Shown here: positions 12,162 to 26,017 of the stretch, piece after piece
Layout: every line of letters starts with the position of its first letter
Position numbering within the stretch: the stretch's first letter is position 1
Assembly: GCA_964270895.1 (NCBI GenBank)
Contig: OZ185435.1
Length of the DNA: 64,000 nucleotides
DNA from: Podarcis filfolensis
Lineage: Eukaryota
Strand: one strand, 5' to 3'
Program-made: the position numbers and the translations under genes
Notes under the pieces: model-generated
Told to the model about the DNA's origin: nothing
Databases searched by the model: none
Seen by the model: the letters and a program-made list of their open reading frames with translations, nothing else

Positions 12162-13485
12162 GTGGCACCTATCCTTTGGAACTCTCTATCATTACACAGC
12201 AGACAGGCACTGCCTCGCTTGTCTTTTCAGTACTTACTGAACACCTTCATTTTTTTAGCAAGCCTTTTGAGTGGAGATACCTATTCCATTCTGTATCTGT
12301 GTTAGATATATATTTTTTAAAAAAATATGGAATTTGCACTGCGCCAGCCTCAGTGTCAAGCTCCTCCCCATCCCAGTATACTGTAGCAAATCAGCCAAAT
12401 GGAGGTCAGGCGTTTGGTAGATTTCCCCCCCCCCCGCGACTGCTGCTGCTGCTAAGCTGGATACGAGCAAATTTAAATTCAGATGCCTATCTGACTGCAT
12501 AATCTGATGTCCTCTAGGGTCTACAAAGCTAGATTTTGCCAATTGGATTTACATTTGTTCACTGAGCACTTTAATTATTCCTGGATTCTTGTTCCTGCTC
12601 TTTAGAAAACAAGACACATGGGGCTCCTTAAAAATGGTTGTTTGTCTGCTCTCCACCTTCATTAATCTTATTTAGTTTCTGCATGATCACCACCGATGGG
12701 TTATGTTTTCTTTTCCAGAGTTCACAATTCTCCTGTTCAAATCTTTAATTTCCACTGCTACAACTCAATGTTTTAATGTCTTCTTGGACTCCAGGAATGA
12801 GCACCATGAACCATGTTGAATAAATTCTGAAATTTTATTCATTTTTCTTGTCCCCTGAATGATCTAGAACAAAGCCTGAAAATGCTATAGCTGACATTCC
12901 TTTCTATTTACTTGTATGAAAAGAAAACTGAAATTTCATGCATGAATGTTGTGTTTGGCTAACAACGAATGGTTCCTATGAAGCCTATTTCCAGAGGTTA
13001 TCATGAAGGCCAACATATTGGGTACGTTAATTGTATATATAGGACTTCTGGCAGTTGTTAAGGAGATGGGCAAGATAAGATCAAAAGTGTGTACAGGACC
13101 TGGAATACTTGGTAGGACTGCCACCATTTTTTGAACCTGATCTAAAGCAGTTTAGTATGTGATGCTTTTCCAGGATGCAGAACAGAGGAAGAAATTTTTT
13201 TTTGCCTGCAGAATTTCTGTCAGTCAGGCTTCTGTTTTCAAGGGCACAGGGGAGAGTGGGGGAAGCAGAAGTGAGAGGGGAAATGGTCAAACTGAAGACC
13301 TAGACTGAAAATCCAGCAGAACACTATTGCCTGCTCATGCAGCTGTAGATGACTAGTAATTATTTCTATATTAAGAGCCAGATCTTGCTCAGGGTTAAGG
13401 GCTCATAGTAATAACAGGAGAAGGAGGAAAAGGTTCAGGAATGATCTGGATGTGACCTTTTGGCACAGGGACTCAGTAGAGATAA

Positions 13486-13972
13486 GGGAGATATACTATT
13501 CAGTTCACATTTAAATGTCAATATCTAAATCCGCACTTTCCAAAGCAATATATAAACTGAAACCCGGCCATCCTCTGAAATTCACACTTCTCTGAATTTT
13601 GCAGGACAGTCCCCCCTTCGACAAACATGTGCAGAATGCATAGACTACAATAAAACCATCCAACCATTTCTCCCCCCGGGGCACATTTCTGCATTGTCTT
13701 CTGAGACAGACAGATGCCAGCTACAGCAGCATAAAAATGCACATATAAGAGCAAGTAGCATACAAAACCACAGAATGTGGGGAAATTGCTCTGTGAAAGA
13801 TATGGGAATGTTGCAGACAAAAAAATGTGTATACTGGGGAGAATTCACACTAATTCTTTTAATGGGTTTTCATGAGGGCTTTAAAGCAAATCAATAAATC
13901 GCAAACCGATGTGGAAATCTGGAGAAGCAAACTTAAATTTGGAAATGTGAGAAACAGGAAAACTGACCCCTA
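13486..13972. mobile_element. Degenerate squamate interspersed repeat (MITE-like)
   Basis: Recognised from recalled motifs TTCAGTTCACATTTAAATG...GAAATTCACACTTCTCTGAATTTTGCA...GATGTGGAAATCTGGAGAA. Family name unknown, boundaries approximate. Confidence 0.45.
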
Positions 13973-15049
13973 GGAGTCAGTAGGAGCTTTCAGGGGCCAC
14001 TTGGCCAGCTGCAAACCTAGTGGTAGCAGTGTTGCACCAACTAGGAGCTGCAGCTAAGGGAGCATCTTCCTTTCCTCAGAGCCAAGTGGGCACAGGTGTC
14101 TTTGTTTGCACAGAATACTACTATCTTTGGGTGCTGTTGCACAAGCAGAAGTTTCCAGCTGCAGTTTTGGAGCTCCTGCACACTGTAATAATAAAAAACG
14201 ATTGTGATAATAAAAACACACATGATTAGGGTAATCTTTAAACCAGAAGCCAGAAGTGGCATAGACTTGCTCTGCTCTTTAACAATATTAGATCTGTTCA
14301 ACAAGTGGAACGCACCACTACAGAAAGTGGCCCAGTTCACTCATAATGCTAAGCGAAACTGCGACGAAGCATGAATGCACTGCAGTGAGGATAATCCCAG
14401 GTAACATGGTGCTGTTGGTTTGACTGGGGGAGCCAAATCATGCTGGCAGCAGTCTCCAACTGTGTTCCTATAGACCCATATGAGGTATCCCAAGTTGCTT
14501 CTGATTCAGCACTGTCCAGACATGAAGACAGAAGGGTTCTGGCTGATCAGCATCTATGTTTTGCTAAGGGAAGAAGGGGAGAAAGCTTATTTCTAGACTA
14601 ACTCTCCCAATTGTATACACAAAAAACAAGATTCATCCCTAATGCAGGGCATAGTCAAGCACCTTGCAGCATCTAATGACAGGGCTTTCTCTTCAACAAC
14701 GTAACATGATGCAACTTCTTCACAGAATAGCTCTTGTGGCTGCCGCATATTATGGTAAGACACATCAATTATCTCCAAGATGGGGATGTTTTCATTCTAA
14801 AGCGTTTTCTCTCTCCAATTGCACACAATTAAATGCTTCTCTACTAAATAAATAAACAAATCACTCTACAAAGCAAATAGATGCAAGAGCGAAACATTTC
14901 TCCCTGACATGCTAGCTTTCTGCATGTGGGATTTTTTTTTTCCATGGAGGGTCTTTTATCACACAAGTTCCCACTTGCAGACTAAAGCAGTACTGCCTGA
15001 AGATAGGTTTGGGTTGTTACCTGTTAATTGAGAGAGCTATGGCTAACTT

Positions 15050-15150
15050 TAGGGTTGCCTTATTTCAAAAAGTAAAAACCAGGACATCCCTAAATTGTTG
15101 AGCTTTATAAAAGGAAAACCCAAGCTTTTATTGGCAGCCTTCACTAACTT
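15050..15150. mobile_element. hAT MITE fragment related to 40336-40597
   Basis: TAGGGTTGCC...AAAAAGTAAAAACCAGGACA...TTGTTGAGCTTT aligns with the left end of the 40.3 kb element. Confidence 0.6.
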
Positions 15151-15223
15151 GCCCGATGTTCTTGGGCAATGCATTCTTGCCATATATGTCTCTCCAGGTA
15201 CGATGGTTGTACTTAACCCTCCC

Positions 15224-15415
15224 ATAGGAAACTAGGAAGCTGCTTTATACTGACTCAGGCCATTGGTACATCTAGCTCAATACTGTCTACACGAACTGTC
15301 AGCAACTATCCAGAGATTCCGGGCAGGGAATAGCCCCAGCCTTACCTGCAGATGCTGGGAATTGAAACTGCGACCTTCTGTATCCAGAGCAGACACTCTG
15401 CCACTGAGCTACAGC
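15224..15415 (-). mobile_element. tRNA-derived SINE (Squam2-like)
   Basis: Reverse strand has a tRNA-like head with A/B boxes (GCTGTAGCTCAGTGGCAGAG...GCAGTTTCAATTCCC) and the body end GAGCTAGATGTACCAATGGCCTGAGTCAGTATAAAGCAGCTTCCTAG. Family name from memory. Confidence 0.75.
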
Positions 15416-18020
15416 TGTTCCCCATGTCCACAGGTTGTTTTTTGCTTTTATTTTTGCAAATGTTGCTGCTCCAGATGTCCCCTCCATAGCCAGCCTTCTG
15501 ACCCAAGTGGAGGGGAAATGGCACACGTAAGAAGGCTTAAGCACCACTTTCTGATGCCAAATAATTCGGTGCCAATTCTTCCCTGCAAATGCCCTCACTG
15601 CTTTAGTGTTACAGGTCAGACATATGTCTAGGAAAACCCTACGTTCCGTTACCCATACGGAAACATAGTGAAAATTGGGGACTTGTCTAAAATATGGAAC
15701 TAAGACAGAAATTATTAAACACAAAACCTCCTGCCTTTTAATCTCATGCTTAAACCAGAGCCAGACTTCCTTTTCTTTAATATATATGGCCTAAAATACA
15801 ATCACATACTCTCCTATTTTTAAGCATGAATAAGTTTCCTGTTGTTGTCCAGCTAGGATATATCACTGATGCCATTTTAATATAGCTTTAAAATTAATTT
15901 TGTATTTATTGCAGTTGGTACTAAAATAATTATTTAGAATGAATACAACAGATGTCACAAATATTTTGACTGCCGGTTAATACTCTGACATGCAACTATT
16001 TTTCTTTTCCATTTAAAAAAGTAACTATAAAGAACTGAAGAACAGTACTGACAATTGAGCTTTGGGGCAAACGTAATTTTTCAAAACAAAAAACCTTCAG
16101 TGCTGCTTTTCCAACTGTCTTGCTCAAGGCAACAATAAGGCAATAATAAAATATGTGAAACAATATCAAACCAATAACATGCCATATGCAAAATATGTAG
16201 GTAAATTAACCAAGCAACAAACAAAAAGGCCCAGAAATCTGTGTTTAGGAGCCAGTGTTATAAGCTTTCCCACAGGGTAGACTATGGCTTAGATCTAGAT
16301 TGAGACTGCAGTCATAAATCTCCAATCAATGGTGCTAGAGGAGCATTTGTGCTTCTTGCTGGTATCTGCTGGTCTTCTCTGGCAGGCAGTTGCCATCACT
16401 ACAGAGGGCCCCACTATGACCATGGAAGGGAAGACATAAGGAATGCTACTGCCACTGGTGTTCCTGCAGCTGATAGTCAACACAGCACACTGAAACCAGG
16501 CAAAAACAGAACAGAGTCAGCCACGGATCCTGAGCCATTCCATTCCAATCTGGGCATCTTAGCTGCGTCAGCTTGGAACCAGCACATCAAAAAACACAGA
16601 ACAAACTGCACCTTCCACCTTCGGCTTGTCCACAGGGCTTGGGATGTGGTTGTCAACCATCAACCCACTACTCTGTACTGCTGCTTCCCAGCCAGGGTTA
16701 AAATTCATCTCTTAGTCCTGCTTAGAAGAGGCCCTCTGAAATAAGGGGACTTGCAGCTAGTCCTTCTGACTAACTCAGATACAGAGAAACAACAGCAGAG
16801 GAGGAGATGGAGAAACTGCTGCCTCTTGATGCTTTGTTATTTATTGTTTTATTTCATTATATTACCATTCATTTTTATTGAAAGGTACTTTGGTTATTGC
16901 TTTAATATAACATCAGGATACAAATGATAAATGAAATAATTAAATTTAGACTAGGCCTGAATGGTGGGGGGGGGGAGATGATGAACAATTTGTGAAGCCA
17001 ACGAAAGATACATTTTGAGTCAAATCACCAACTCATTTCACTGAAAGTAGGTTATACATAACATCTGTGTAAAATGAAAGATTATATAACAAATTTTTAA
17101 AATATATTACAAGGGAACAGTATACAGGGCTGGAAGTTACCATGTAATGTTATGAATTTTAGTAAAACTAGGAAGGGACTCACAGAAATGAAAGTCCTCT
17201 CAGTGGGTTTGATAACATTGTGAGTGTGGCCTATACATCTAAATAAATAAACAAAGGAATGCATAAATATGTTTCGCATTGACCAAGAACCTATGGAGAA
17301 TGTTTTGTGTCAACCTGATTTTGGATGGGCAGTGCTTTCGTTTTCTTTGCATAGCTTACATAGTCTTCTTGTTTCCCTTGGCTCTTGGGGAATGCTTTCC
17401 AGGGGTGGGCAGTAATAAATAAACTTCCTAGTGACTATTGCATTGGCCTCCTTCCAGATGTGAAGATTCTTGCTGTCCTTGTGGGTGCTAGGCAGCATCC
17501 AAAGGTTTATGGTCACTGTCACAGCCATCCGGCTATGATGCATTGCTTCCCTGTGCTATTATCCTGTCCTGTTAAGCCGATTCTCTTTATTGATGTCTTT
17601 ATGTCGGGGCTGATCATGCATTGATAGCAAGTCGTGCAGGGCATCAATAAGTCTTTATACTCACATTTGTATCTGACACATGGACAGGTTCCTCCTAACC
17701 TTAGGCCTTTACGTCAACGAACATAATTATGAGTGCTGCTAAAGTGAAAGAAGAGGAGCTGATGAAAGGAGCTTCAAGAAAAGTTGGAATGTGCACATGC
17801 TGCCATAAATTTTCAGAGAAGTACAGGGTTTGACCTGCAAATGCCCACTGCCCTTATCTGAAGGGTGAACGCTGCCCTTCTATACTGCCAATGGAAGGGC
17901 ACCATTCAACCCAACCAAACTGGGAGGCAGCAACTTGCCATAAGTTTCCTCAGTGAACAGGATTGAGAGTAAATGCAAACCAGGCTACGGAATGGATTCT
18001 GCTAGTCACTGTTACTTGCT

Positions 18021-18385
18021 GGACGCAGGTGGCGCTGTGGTCTAAACCACTGAGCCTCTTGGGCTTGCCAGTCAGAAGGTCGGCGATTTGAATCCCTGTG
18101 ACAGGGTGAGCTCCCAGCTCCTGCCAGCCTAGCAGTTCAAAAGCATGCCAGTGCAAGTAGTAAATTAGTACCGCTGCGGAGGGAAGGTAAATGGCGTTTC
18201 CGTGCGCTCTGGTTTCTGTCACCGTGTTACGTTGCACCAGAAGCGGTTTAGTCATGCTGGCCACATGACCCAGAAAGCTGTCTGTGGACAAACACAGGCT
18301 CCCTCACCCTGAAAGGAAGATGAGTGCCGCAACCCCATAGTCGCCTTTGACTGGACTTAAACGTACAGGGGTCTTTTACCTTACC
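18021..18385 (+). mobile_element. Sauria SINE, distinct subfamily
   Basis: GGACGCAGGTGGCGCTGTGG head, GGGAAGGTAAATGGCG core, ACCTT tail. TSD TTACTTGCT at 18012-18020 and 18386-18394. Confidence 0.92.
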
Positions 18386-21300
18386 TTACTTGCTGGATCA
18401 CACCAGTTGGTGTCTTTAAAGGCTAAATTACAAACTCCTGTAACTTATATATCCCAGACCCACCAACTCTAGACAGAGTTGAGTGCTTCAGGCTGTGTTT
18501 CCCAAAAATGCTTTTAGAAAAGCTGATGTGTACCTTCATCAAACTAAGTCACCATGTTGAATGGACTCTCAACTCTATGCCCCTTGTAACAGAGAGGCCC
18601 TTTCCTCTTTGAGAATAGATGAGCAGTGACACCATCCAGCAGGAAGGAGTCAAGAAGGACACATCGCACCAGAAGTCCAAGATGTAGCCCACGAAGAACA
18701 CAAGAAAAACCCAAATAAATTAGATATAACTAGGAAAATATGGGAGCTGTTGAATGTGATTGAATTGTGTATCAACTAGGCTGCAGAATAGGGATCTGTA
18801 GGTTGACACACTGAACAAATACTTCACCAGTGCTAATGCTTTATTGCCTCCTGAAGGGCAACTCTTGTGTTATAGTGCAATGAAAACAGGACAAAACACA
18901 CACACACCCCAACAACCCCAGGACATTGGTGGCATGAAAAGTTACAGGATTTCACCTTTGAACTGACTGGAAAATGAATGAGCACACAAACAGTACTGAA
19001 AGTGGGATTGTGTATAATCGCACCAATACCATTGTGAAATAGATGCACAAAAGAAAAAAAAGACATCTGGAATGGTCTAGGTCCTAGGTTAAAAATGCCT
19101 TGGACATAATGGGTGGTTTGGCCCTGGGAGACAGCAGTTTGGAAGCTGACATGGGCAGAGGAAGAGAAAGCTGAAGGACAAACTAGGCATTACTTTAGTA
19201 GCGTGCTTAGCCACCATGTATGAGTTTTAAAAATAAAATAAATGCTGTGTAGTATTGTACATGGGAACGAAATGCTCCCCAGCTGCAATTAGCTTTTTGG
19301 AGGGAGAAGCTCCCATTTTCTAAGTCAAACTTTCATGTAGGGTAGTGCTTTTATCAGGAACACAGCTAAGAAGGGGAGTCTTAAATCCCCCCTACCCATG
19401 TGTAGTGGTCCCAGTGGAAAGAAACAAAAACCTCCCAGGACTGGTATTTAATCATTGAAAAAACTCCAGACATGATTGCTAATCACACCACTAAAGTAAT
19501 GTCTGATTCAGCCTTGAGACTTCCTAGCTGGAGTTAGTGGGAGCGCAGACTTGGAAGCGACTGCAAAAGTATCTCTCTGTGAATCCATCTCAAGATGTGC
19601 TGCCTGCCTATAGGATTGTGCTTGCCTTCTCCATGCTCTCACTGGTTAATAAAACAGATATTACGAATATGTCTAAATCTCCATTCCTCTTTCACCCAAA
19701 GAAAACCCTGCAGTGTTGCCATTGGAAAGTCTCATGTTACATCAGTATCTTTGGGGGTGTATGTGTGAATTGTCCTTCCAATTTGAATTCAAGGCAAAGA
19801 AAAATAAAGAGGCCAAAGTGTCAAAAGTTTGGGAAATATCACTTTGGGGATATTGCCATTTTAATGCATGAAAAAAATGTGGTGCTGGATGTTTGTGAAA
19901 CCTATCTGAAAGCTTTAGATTCTCTCCAAATGAAAAATCCAAAGCAAAGAAGTGAGTTTTCTGACAGCTTGGGCAGGATAGCAGAACAGGTCTAGTCCAG
20001 TAAATATATTTTGCATCTCACTGTTTGTATAGTAGCCTTGGAGAATACCTAATAATTTTGACTTCAGCTTATATACAAAGCTCTGAAATAAATAACAGCT
20101 GGGAGCAGATCAGTTTGGTTAATTATAGCACTTTTTAGTGCATCTTTACTTCCTTGCAATCTGCTCAGAAATTTGTTACCTGGGATTTGAAAAGTGACAG
20201 AAAATTGCTTCATAGGAGCAACAGGAATTTAAATAACCAAAAGAAGTCCCGATCTGTCTTGTAGCCCCTTCCAGGCAAAAAGTTCCATTAACTACACGAG
20301 GAGTTTTGCCTGCTGGAAGACTCTAGTCCTGGGCTTTTAACTGGCAGTAGGTCTTGTGAAGTTAAGCAGTAGGAGGATCTGCTCTTTGTCAGCTCTGACA
20401 TCCAGTAGATGTCATTGCAACCGACAGGGATTATCCGTCAAAGAATTTGGGGGATATTTGTCAAAATGGGGGGGCGGGGAGAGGAAGCCCAAGTTGAAAT
20501 GCATTATTTTAAAGAAAGAAATCTGTGTGTACTGTTGTCATGGCTATAAAGGATGAATTTGCTAACACTGCAACTTATCCAAAAGTGATGGTCTCTCATC
20601 ATTTGATCCATCCTGCTGAAGATGTGCAAATTCACTTTAGGGAGGACAAGAAGAACAGTAAGATGAGCACATTTTAAAATCCCACCGTGCAGCAGAGAAA
20701 GTGCAAACAGGAAGCGCTGATCTATAAAAAGGCTTGTGAAAATAGGGATTTGGATTGTTGATCTGTAGTGCATTGGATATGATTGGCCTGTTCTGAAAGC
20801 ACAGAGTATAAAAGTACCTGGCTGCTCAGTTGGCACTGACCTTTCATAGAGTTTTCTCAGTGGTGGTTGCCCATTTGTGGAATGCCTTCTCTGGTGAGCT
20901 GCACCTGTCTCCCTCCTTGACTTTTAGGAGGAATTTTTAAACATTCCTGTTTACTCAGACATTTAATAGCGGGCACTGTTCTTGGCAACCATGAAATCAT
21001 TGGCTAAGAGAATGTTATTGTTTTAACTGCCTTTAGAACATAAATACACATATAAAATTTATGTGTTTGCTGCCCTGGGCTCTTTTGGGAGGAAGAGTAG
21101 AATATAAACTGAAATAATCATAATCATTTGGAAGTTTAACTGCTTTCCAGTTAAGAAGACTCTCATATGGATATGTTTACATATCTCCAACATCTTGGAT
21201 ACAGGTCCCAAACTACGGTACTTCCAGGTTGGAAGAGGAAGTGATGAGGGAACAGCATCCTATGATTTTTTAAAGACCCTTGGCATTTTCCATTCATGCT

Positions 21301-21521
21301 CTGGAGCTGGGAAATGTCTACCCTGGTATTTTACTAGGAAAGGAAAGAAATGTGGATATGGGCTGTGTGGGGAATACTGTTGATAGATCCTGGCCCACAG
21401 ATAGCAAGTGTTGTGTTAACTGTTCTAGGGCAACAAGACATTATTTAGGAATGGTGACTGAGTCCTACACTGATGCTGCCATGGTCCATTCTTCAGCTTC
21501 CATACCCTGCATTCTGTAGTA

Positions 21522-21710
21522 CAGGCATGTTTAGAGTCTGTTTTGGGGGCCTAACCCGCCGGTCAATTTAATCCGGTCCCGCGGCAATATATGTCCTAGG
21601 GTAAAATCTTAAAAAACAATCCTTAAAAAACTTCAACAACTTCGGTCGGCCCTCATGCATGTTCGCTTCATTAAATCTGGCACTCTTTGAAAAAAGTTTG
21701 GGCACCCCTG
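21522..21710. mobile_element. hAT (Charlie-like) MITE
   Basis: CAGGCATG...AAAGTTTGGGCACCCCTG, with exact 8-bp TSD CTGTAGTA (21514-21521 and 21711-21718). Confidence 0.88.
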
Positions 21711-24358
21711 CTGTAGTAAGTAGGTCTCCAGTTTTGTCTTACAGCACATGTCAGAGGAGTAATATGGAATAATTAGTTAACAATAATGATGCAGTCAATA
21801 AAAATCTGGAATAATTTGTTCTGAAGCTAATTTAGGAACAACACTCTGCCCCTAGCTGTACATTGAAAAAGTGACAAAATTCCATCCTTTTACAGCTCTT
21901 TAACGTCCTGAACATGAAGAACGAGGACAGCTGAACAGATTAATGGGCATTTCATACTTGCTTGAAAGGATACATTCTACTGGCTCCACATTAAAACCAT
22001 ATTAACTTTGTGTATGCATTCCCTAAACTAAAACAGTTCATGTCGGATTCCTTGCTTTCTAACCAAGCTAAGCAAGGCTTTGCCTTATGAAATATAGGGT
22101 GGATGGCATTTATCCCACTGAAACCATGTATGTTCCATAGATTGCATAGGTCTTTCCCCCATTCCTATCTAACTGATAATGAGAATTTGTATTCTAGAAA
22201 AGCTTTTAACTAACTAAAATAGCAGTCAGTTTAATTTATAAAGGGTGGACTGGAAATCTTTCATGTGCTGCTTTGTCCAAGCCAGTGTTCTGTCTATAAT
22301 GATCAATAGTCTAACTCCTAAAACTTAAGGCACTGGCCTGATAACTCTAATCCTGACTTTTAACTAAGATAACTGCCCTAAGTACAGGAGATAAGCACAC
22401 TGGAGGATCTCCCTTCTACGTTGCAAAGATTATTTGTAAGATTAAGTTGACCTCATGACCCTGTCTTACACCCTCGGCTTAAAGAATTAAGCTTCTTCCT
22501 ATAGAAGATGAGAGGAATTGGTAGCAGATCTGCCCTAGCACATGATTGTCAAATGACAGATGATAGCAGATAGAGGCAATATGAAATAATCTAAGTAACC
22601 AGTAAATTTGCCTTTGCAATAAGATGCGTTTAAAAGGTTAAAGGACAATAACACTGTAAAAATCTATGTTGCTAATTGAGTGTGTTATAAATATGTTTTT
22701 CATATTAGAATTTAGCCCCATGCATACAAAAAGAAAATTAAATTACCATCTATTAGCTGGTAGTTAGCTAATTTTCTGTTTGCTACTGAACCTATCGAAT
22801 ACTTTCTTTCTTCACATATGCTTTTATAATTGTCAACGCATACATACAGTTGCACAAGTTCCCATGAGCATGTTTGTTTTGTAAGTGTGTGTGTGTGTGT
22901 GTTTGTTTGTATAAATAAACCATAAATAAACCACACTCACCCACCCACCCACCCCATATATAAATAAACCATATATTATAAAGACACCACAGTCTCCGCT
23001 GTCCCTTATTCTGAGGAGACAGGATCCTAGACAAGCACCTGGAACCCCTGGAATCTTGCAGCAGTCAGAGATTGGGGTAGCTTGCAATACTACATTAGAA
23101 GCAAATATGTGCAGTAGTAGCTTGACAGCAATTTTTAAAGTGAAGAGGGGTATATGTGCGTTCAGGAGAGGGATGTTTAGCCCTTTCTTTTCTGCCACTT
23201 CCTTACTTGAAATTGTTCCCCAAGCAACTTTCTCCCCATGGGGTTCTAAACCCTCTGAAGCATGCATCTGAAATTCCACAATGGAAAAGTCAGGAGGGTA
23301 TATGGGATTTTGAAACCAGGAAACAGAAGACAGAAAAGTGTTGAGTGTTTCTCCACTCCAAATTTTCCCATCTGGAAATGGCTTTTCCAGTTTAAAAAGC
23401 AACATCAGGCTAACATTACATGCATTTACATGCAACGTGTAGCTTTGCCCTTCATATGCTTTTGAAGTACATTGCTATAAGAATTCTAACATCTGATGGC
23501 CTGGAATGTGCTTACACAGTCTTTGTTCCAGAGATTGTGATCCATAGACCAAACACTTTTGTTGTACAATCAATATAGAGCAGGTGCTGGTTAAAAGAAA
23601 ACACCAACCCAAACATACAGAGAAGACTATCAAAGGAGAAGCTATTTTTCCCAGGAAGTATTTAGTCTGACCTTGATAGTGTTAACGCTAGCGTCAGAAG
23701 CAAAATATTTCATTCTTGGAATCCTATGTGCTTTGCCTCCGATATTTTAATGTTCCTGTGCAGTCATTAGTTCATATAAGTTTCCATCACTGCCCCCACC
23801 ATCCCTCTGTTGCTAATTTGAATGGTGCCAGACTAATCTGGCAAGAGAGAGGCTAATGCAACTTGTTTAAATTTAAAAGAGAATTTCTAGCTGTGGTGGC
23901 AGAATGCTGCCAGCGCTATCCCAGGCCACCTGGTTCAGAATGTCTCTGTGGAAAGGCCCCCTTTCTAACAGCAAGGCAGATACAGTGGGAAGGCGGAAGG
24001 AGAGAGCCTGCTTATGTGGTGGCAAAATGCTTTAAAAGGTGGGGAATAAGAATGAGGAAGAGGAGGGGGGATGAGGTAAGGGGAGAAGGAGGAAAGAGGA
24101 GCAGAGATGGCCAAACCAACCCATTTGGGCAGCACAATGTCTGATGCCAGCCTTGTATCTGAAGCAAAGCCAAAATGGCCTCCCTTTCACTAGGACAAAC
24201 ACTTTGACAAGGCTTGATACACCATTCAGACACTAATTCCTGAATTCTCCCGCTGCCCACTGCTCAGGATGCTGCCTGAAATAGGTTGCTTTATTCTGTC
24301 ACATGGCAGGGCCAGTCCTGTAGGGTGGAGCTATGCAAATGAAGATGTAGGTCTGTAT

Positions 24359-24478
24359 CTGTGGTGGGAAACCTTTGACCCTCCAGGTGCTTTTGGACTT
24401 CTACCCGCCCCAGCCAGCATGGACCAATGACCAAGGATGAGTCCATCAACCTCTGAAGGGCCCCAGGTGACCCACTGT
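24359..24478. mobile_element. Degenerate hAT-like MITE
   Basis: GTGGTGGGAAACCTTTGACCCTCCAG...GAAGGGCCCCAGGTGACCCACTG resembles a common lizard MITE. No clean TSD. Confidence 0.45.
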
Positions 24479-25651
24479 TGGTCTACACAGAGATGGGCAG
24501 GCTAGTCAGCCTGCAAAACCTGCATTCAAACCTTGCACCCTCCCTCTCATAATGTCGACGAACATATGGTGAATGAGGTTTGCTGAGGAGTGATAAAGTC
24601 CACTCCAGATTATTTCGTTTCAATTTTTCCCCCACATTCATCACTGTGCTTAAAGTTCCAGTATAACGTTACGGGAGTGCAGAAAACATGTAATCGACTT
24701 TCATCACTCCTCAACTCCCACCAAGGTCACTGAGGAGTTTCACAATTAGATTCAGTGGGAGCAGTGTAGAGACAACACTGATTTCCCCTCCTTGAAGGAT
24801 GATTTTATAAATCCTTGCCATAACACCAGCGGACACATTCTGGTGGAAACAGCAAAGATTAGTAGAAAGAAATTCATTGGATTTGAAGGAGTTTGCAAAA
24901 ATCCAGTCACATTTTTAGATGGAGTCCTATTCAGATGGCCAACACTTTGTCATTTAGTACCTGCTATCCAATAAGATAAGCAAGTTAGAAGAAAATGAAA
25001 CAGATGGCAACAGGTAGTTAATGCTAGTATCAAGATTTGGTTTAAAATATGCAACATACAGCAAGAACAAAAGAAGCTGGAGCAAAGCTTCAGAATATTT
25101 TTTTTTTGTCAACAGTAAAGAAAATACAAAAATAAATTCTTGGCTGAAAGCTTAAAAGGATAGGTTTGGAATGTTATCTGAAAGTACATTACAATCTTTG
25201 AGTTTGTAGGCAATGCTCAGATAAAGCACTTTGTTTATATATTACCCACAGCCATGTAAAATGGCTTGCCTAATTGATGTGCTAGCAATATTTATCTTGG
25301 GTTCTGAGGACTGATATATCAGTTTAATTAGTCAGTTGCTTTCTCGTCATCCAGTCAGCTAACTTGCAGAATTTACACACAAGCATAATTGTCTGGGTGT
25401 TAAGAATTCAGAACTGGATTTCCCAACTATCTTGCTGAGACACAGGGAGAAGTAGTACTGAGGCTACCGCAAAATATTTCCTCCAGATGTACTGTTTATT
25501 GAGCATTTGCCCTGATTTGCTTGCACAGAGCTTAGGCAGAGGTTAAGTAAGGCCTGGCCCTTACTGAACATTCATCCTGATCCATTTGCGGAGAACTTAT
25601 ATGACAAGAAGCATTCCTCCTGATTTGTGGCTGTATACAGTGGTTATAGAT

Positions 25652-26017
25652 GGGACATGGGTGGCGCTGTGGGTTAAACCACAGAGCTTAGGGCTTGCCG
25701 ATCAGAAGCTTGCTGATCAGAAGGTCGTCGGTTTGAATCCCCACGACGGGGTGAGCTCCCGTTGCTTGGTCCCTGCCCCTGCCAACCTAGCAGTTTGAAA
25801 GCATGAAGTGCAGATAGATAAATAGGTACTGCTCCGGCGGGAAGGTAAACGGCATTTCCATGCGCTGCTCTGGTTCGCCAGAGGCGGCTTAGTCATGCTG
25901 GCCACATGACCCGGAAGCTGTACGCCGGCTCCCTTGGCCAATAAAGTGAGATGAGCGCCACAACCCCAGAGTCGTCCGTGACTGGACCTAATGGTCAGGG
26001 TTCCCTTTACCTTTACT
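25652..26017 (+). mobile_element. Sauria SINE (Podarcis-type)
   Basis: GGGACATGGGTGGCGCTGTGGGTTAAACCACAGAG head, ACCTTT tail. 13-bp TSD TACAGTGGTTATA at 25636-25648 and 26018-26030. Confidence 0.95.

Noticed and set aside
16329-16439. 36-aa ORF with a hydrophobic, signal-peptide-like start (MVLEEHLCFLLVSAGLLWQAVA)
   Set aside because: Short, with no splice donor, promoter context or homology.
17310-17360. Minus-strand CKLCKENESTAHPKSG* resembling a C-x2-C-x7-H-x4-C retroelement knuckle
   Set aside because: The last Cys position is a stop and no flanking RT or endonuclease motif is visible; cannot be separated from chance without a profile search.
19537-19995. 152-aa ORF upstream of WT1
   Set aside because: GTG start, no recognisable family; no exon of the expected neighbouring genes (such as EIF3M or CCDC73) was recognised anywhere in 2-53 kb.
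20400-20800. Unique, motif-rich stretch that looks like a conserved non-coding element
   Set aside because: Impression only; conservation cannot be judged without an alignment.
22833-23435. 200-aa minus-strand ORF
   Set aside because: Runs through a (GT)n microsatellite and shows no homology or coding character.
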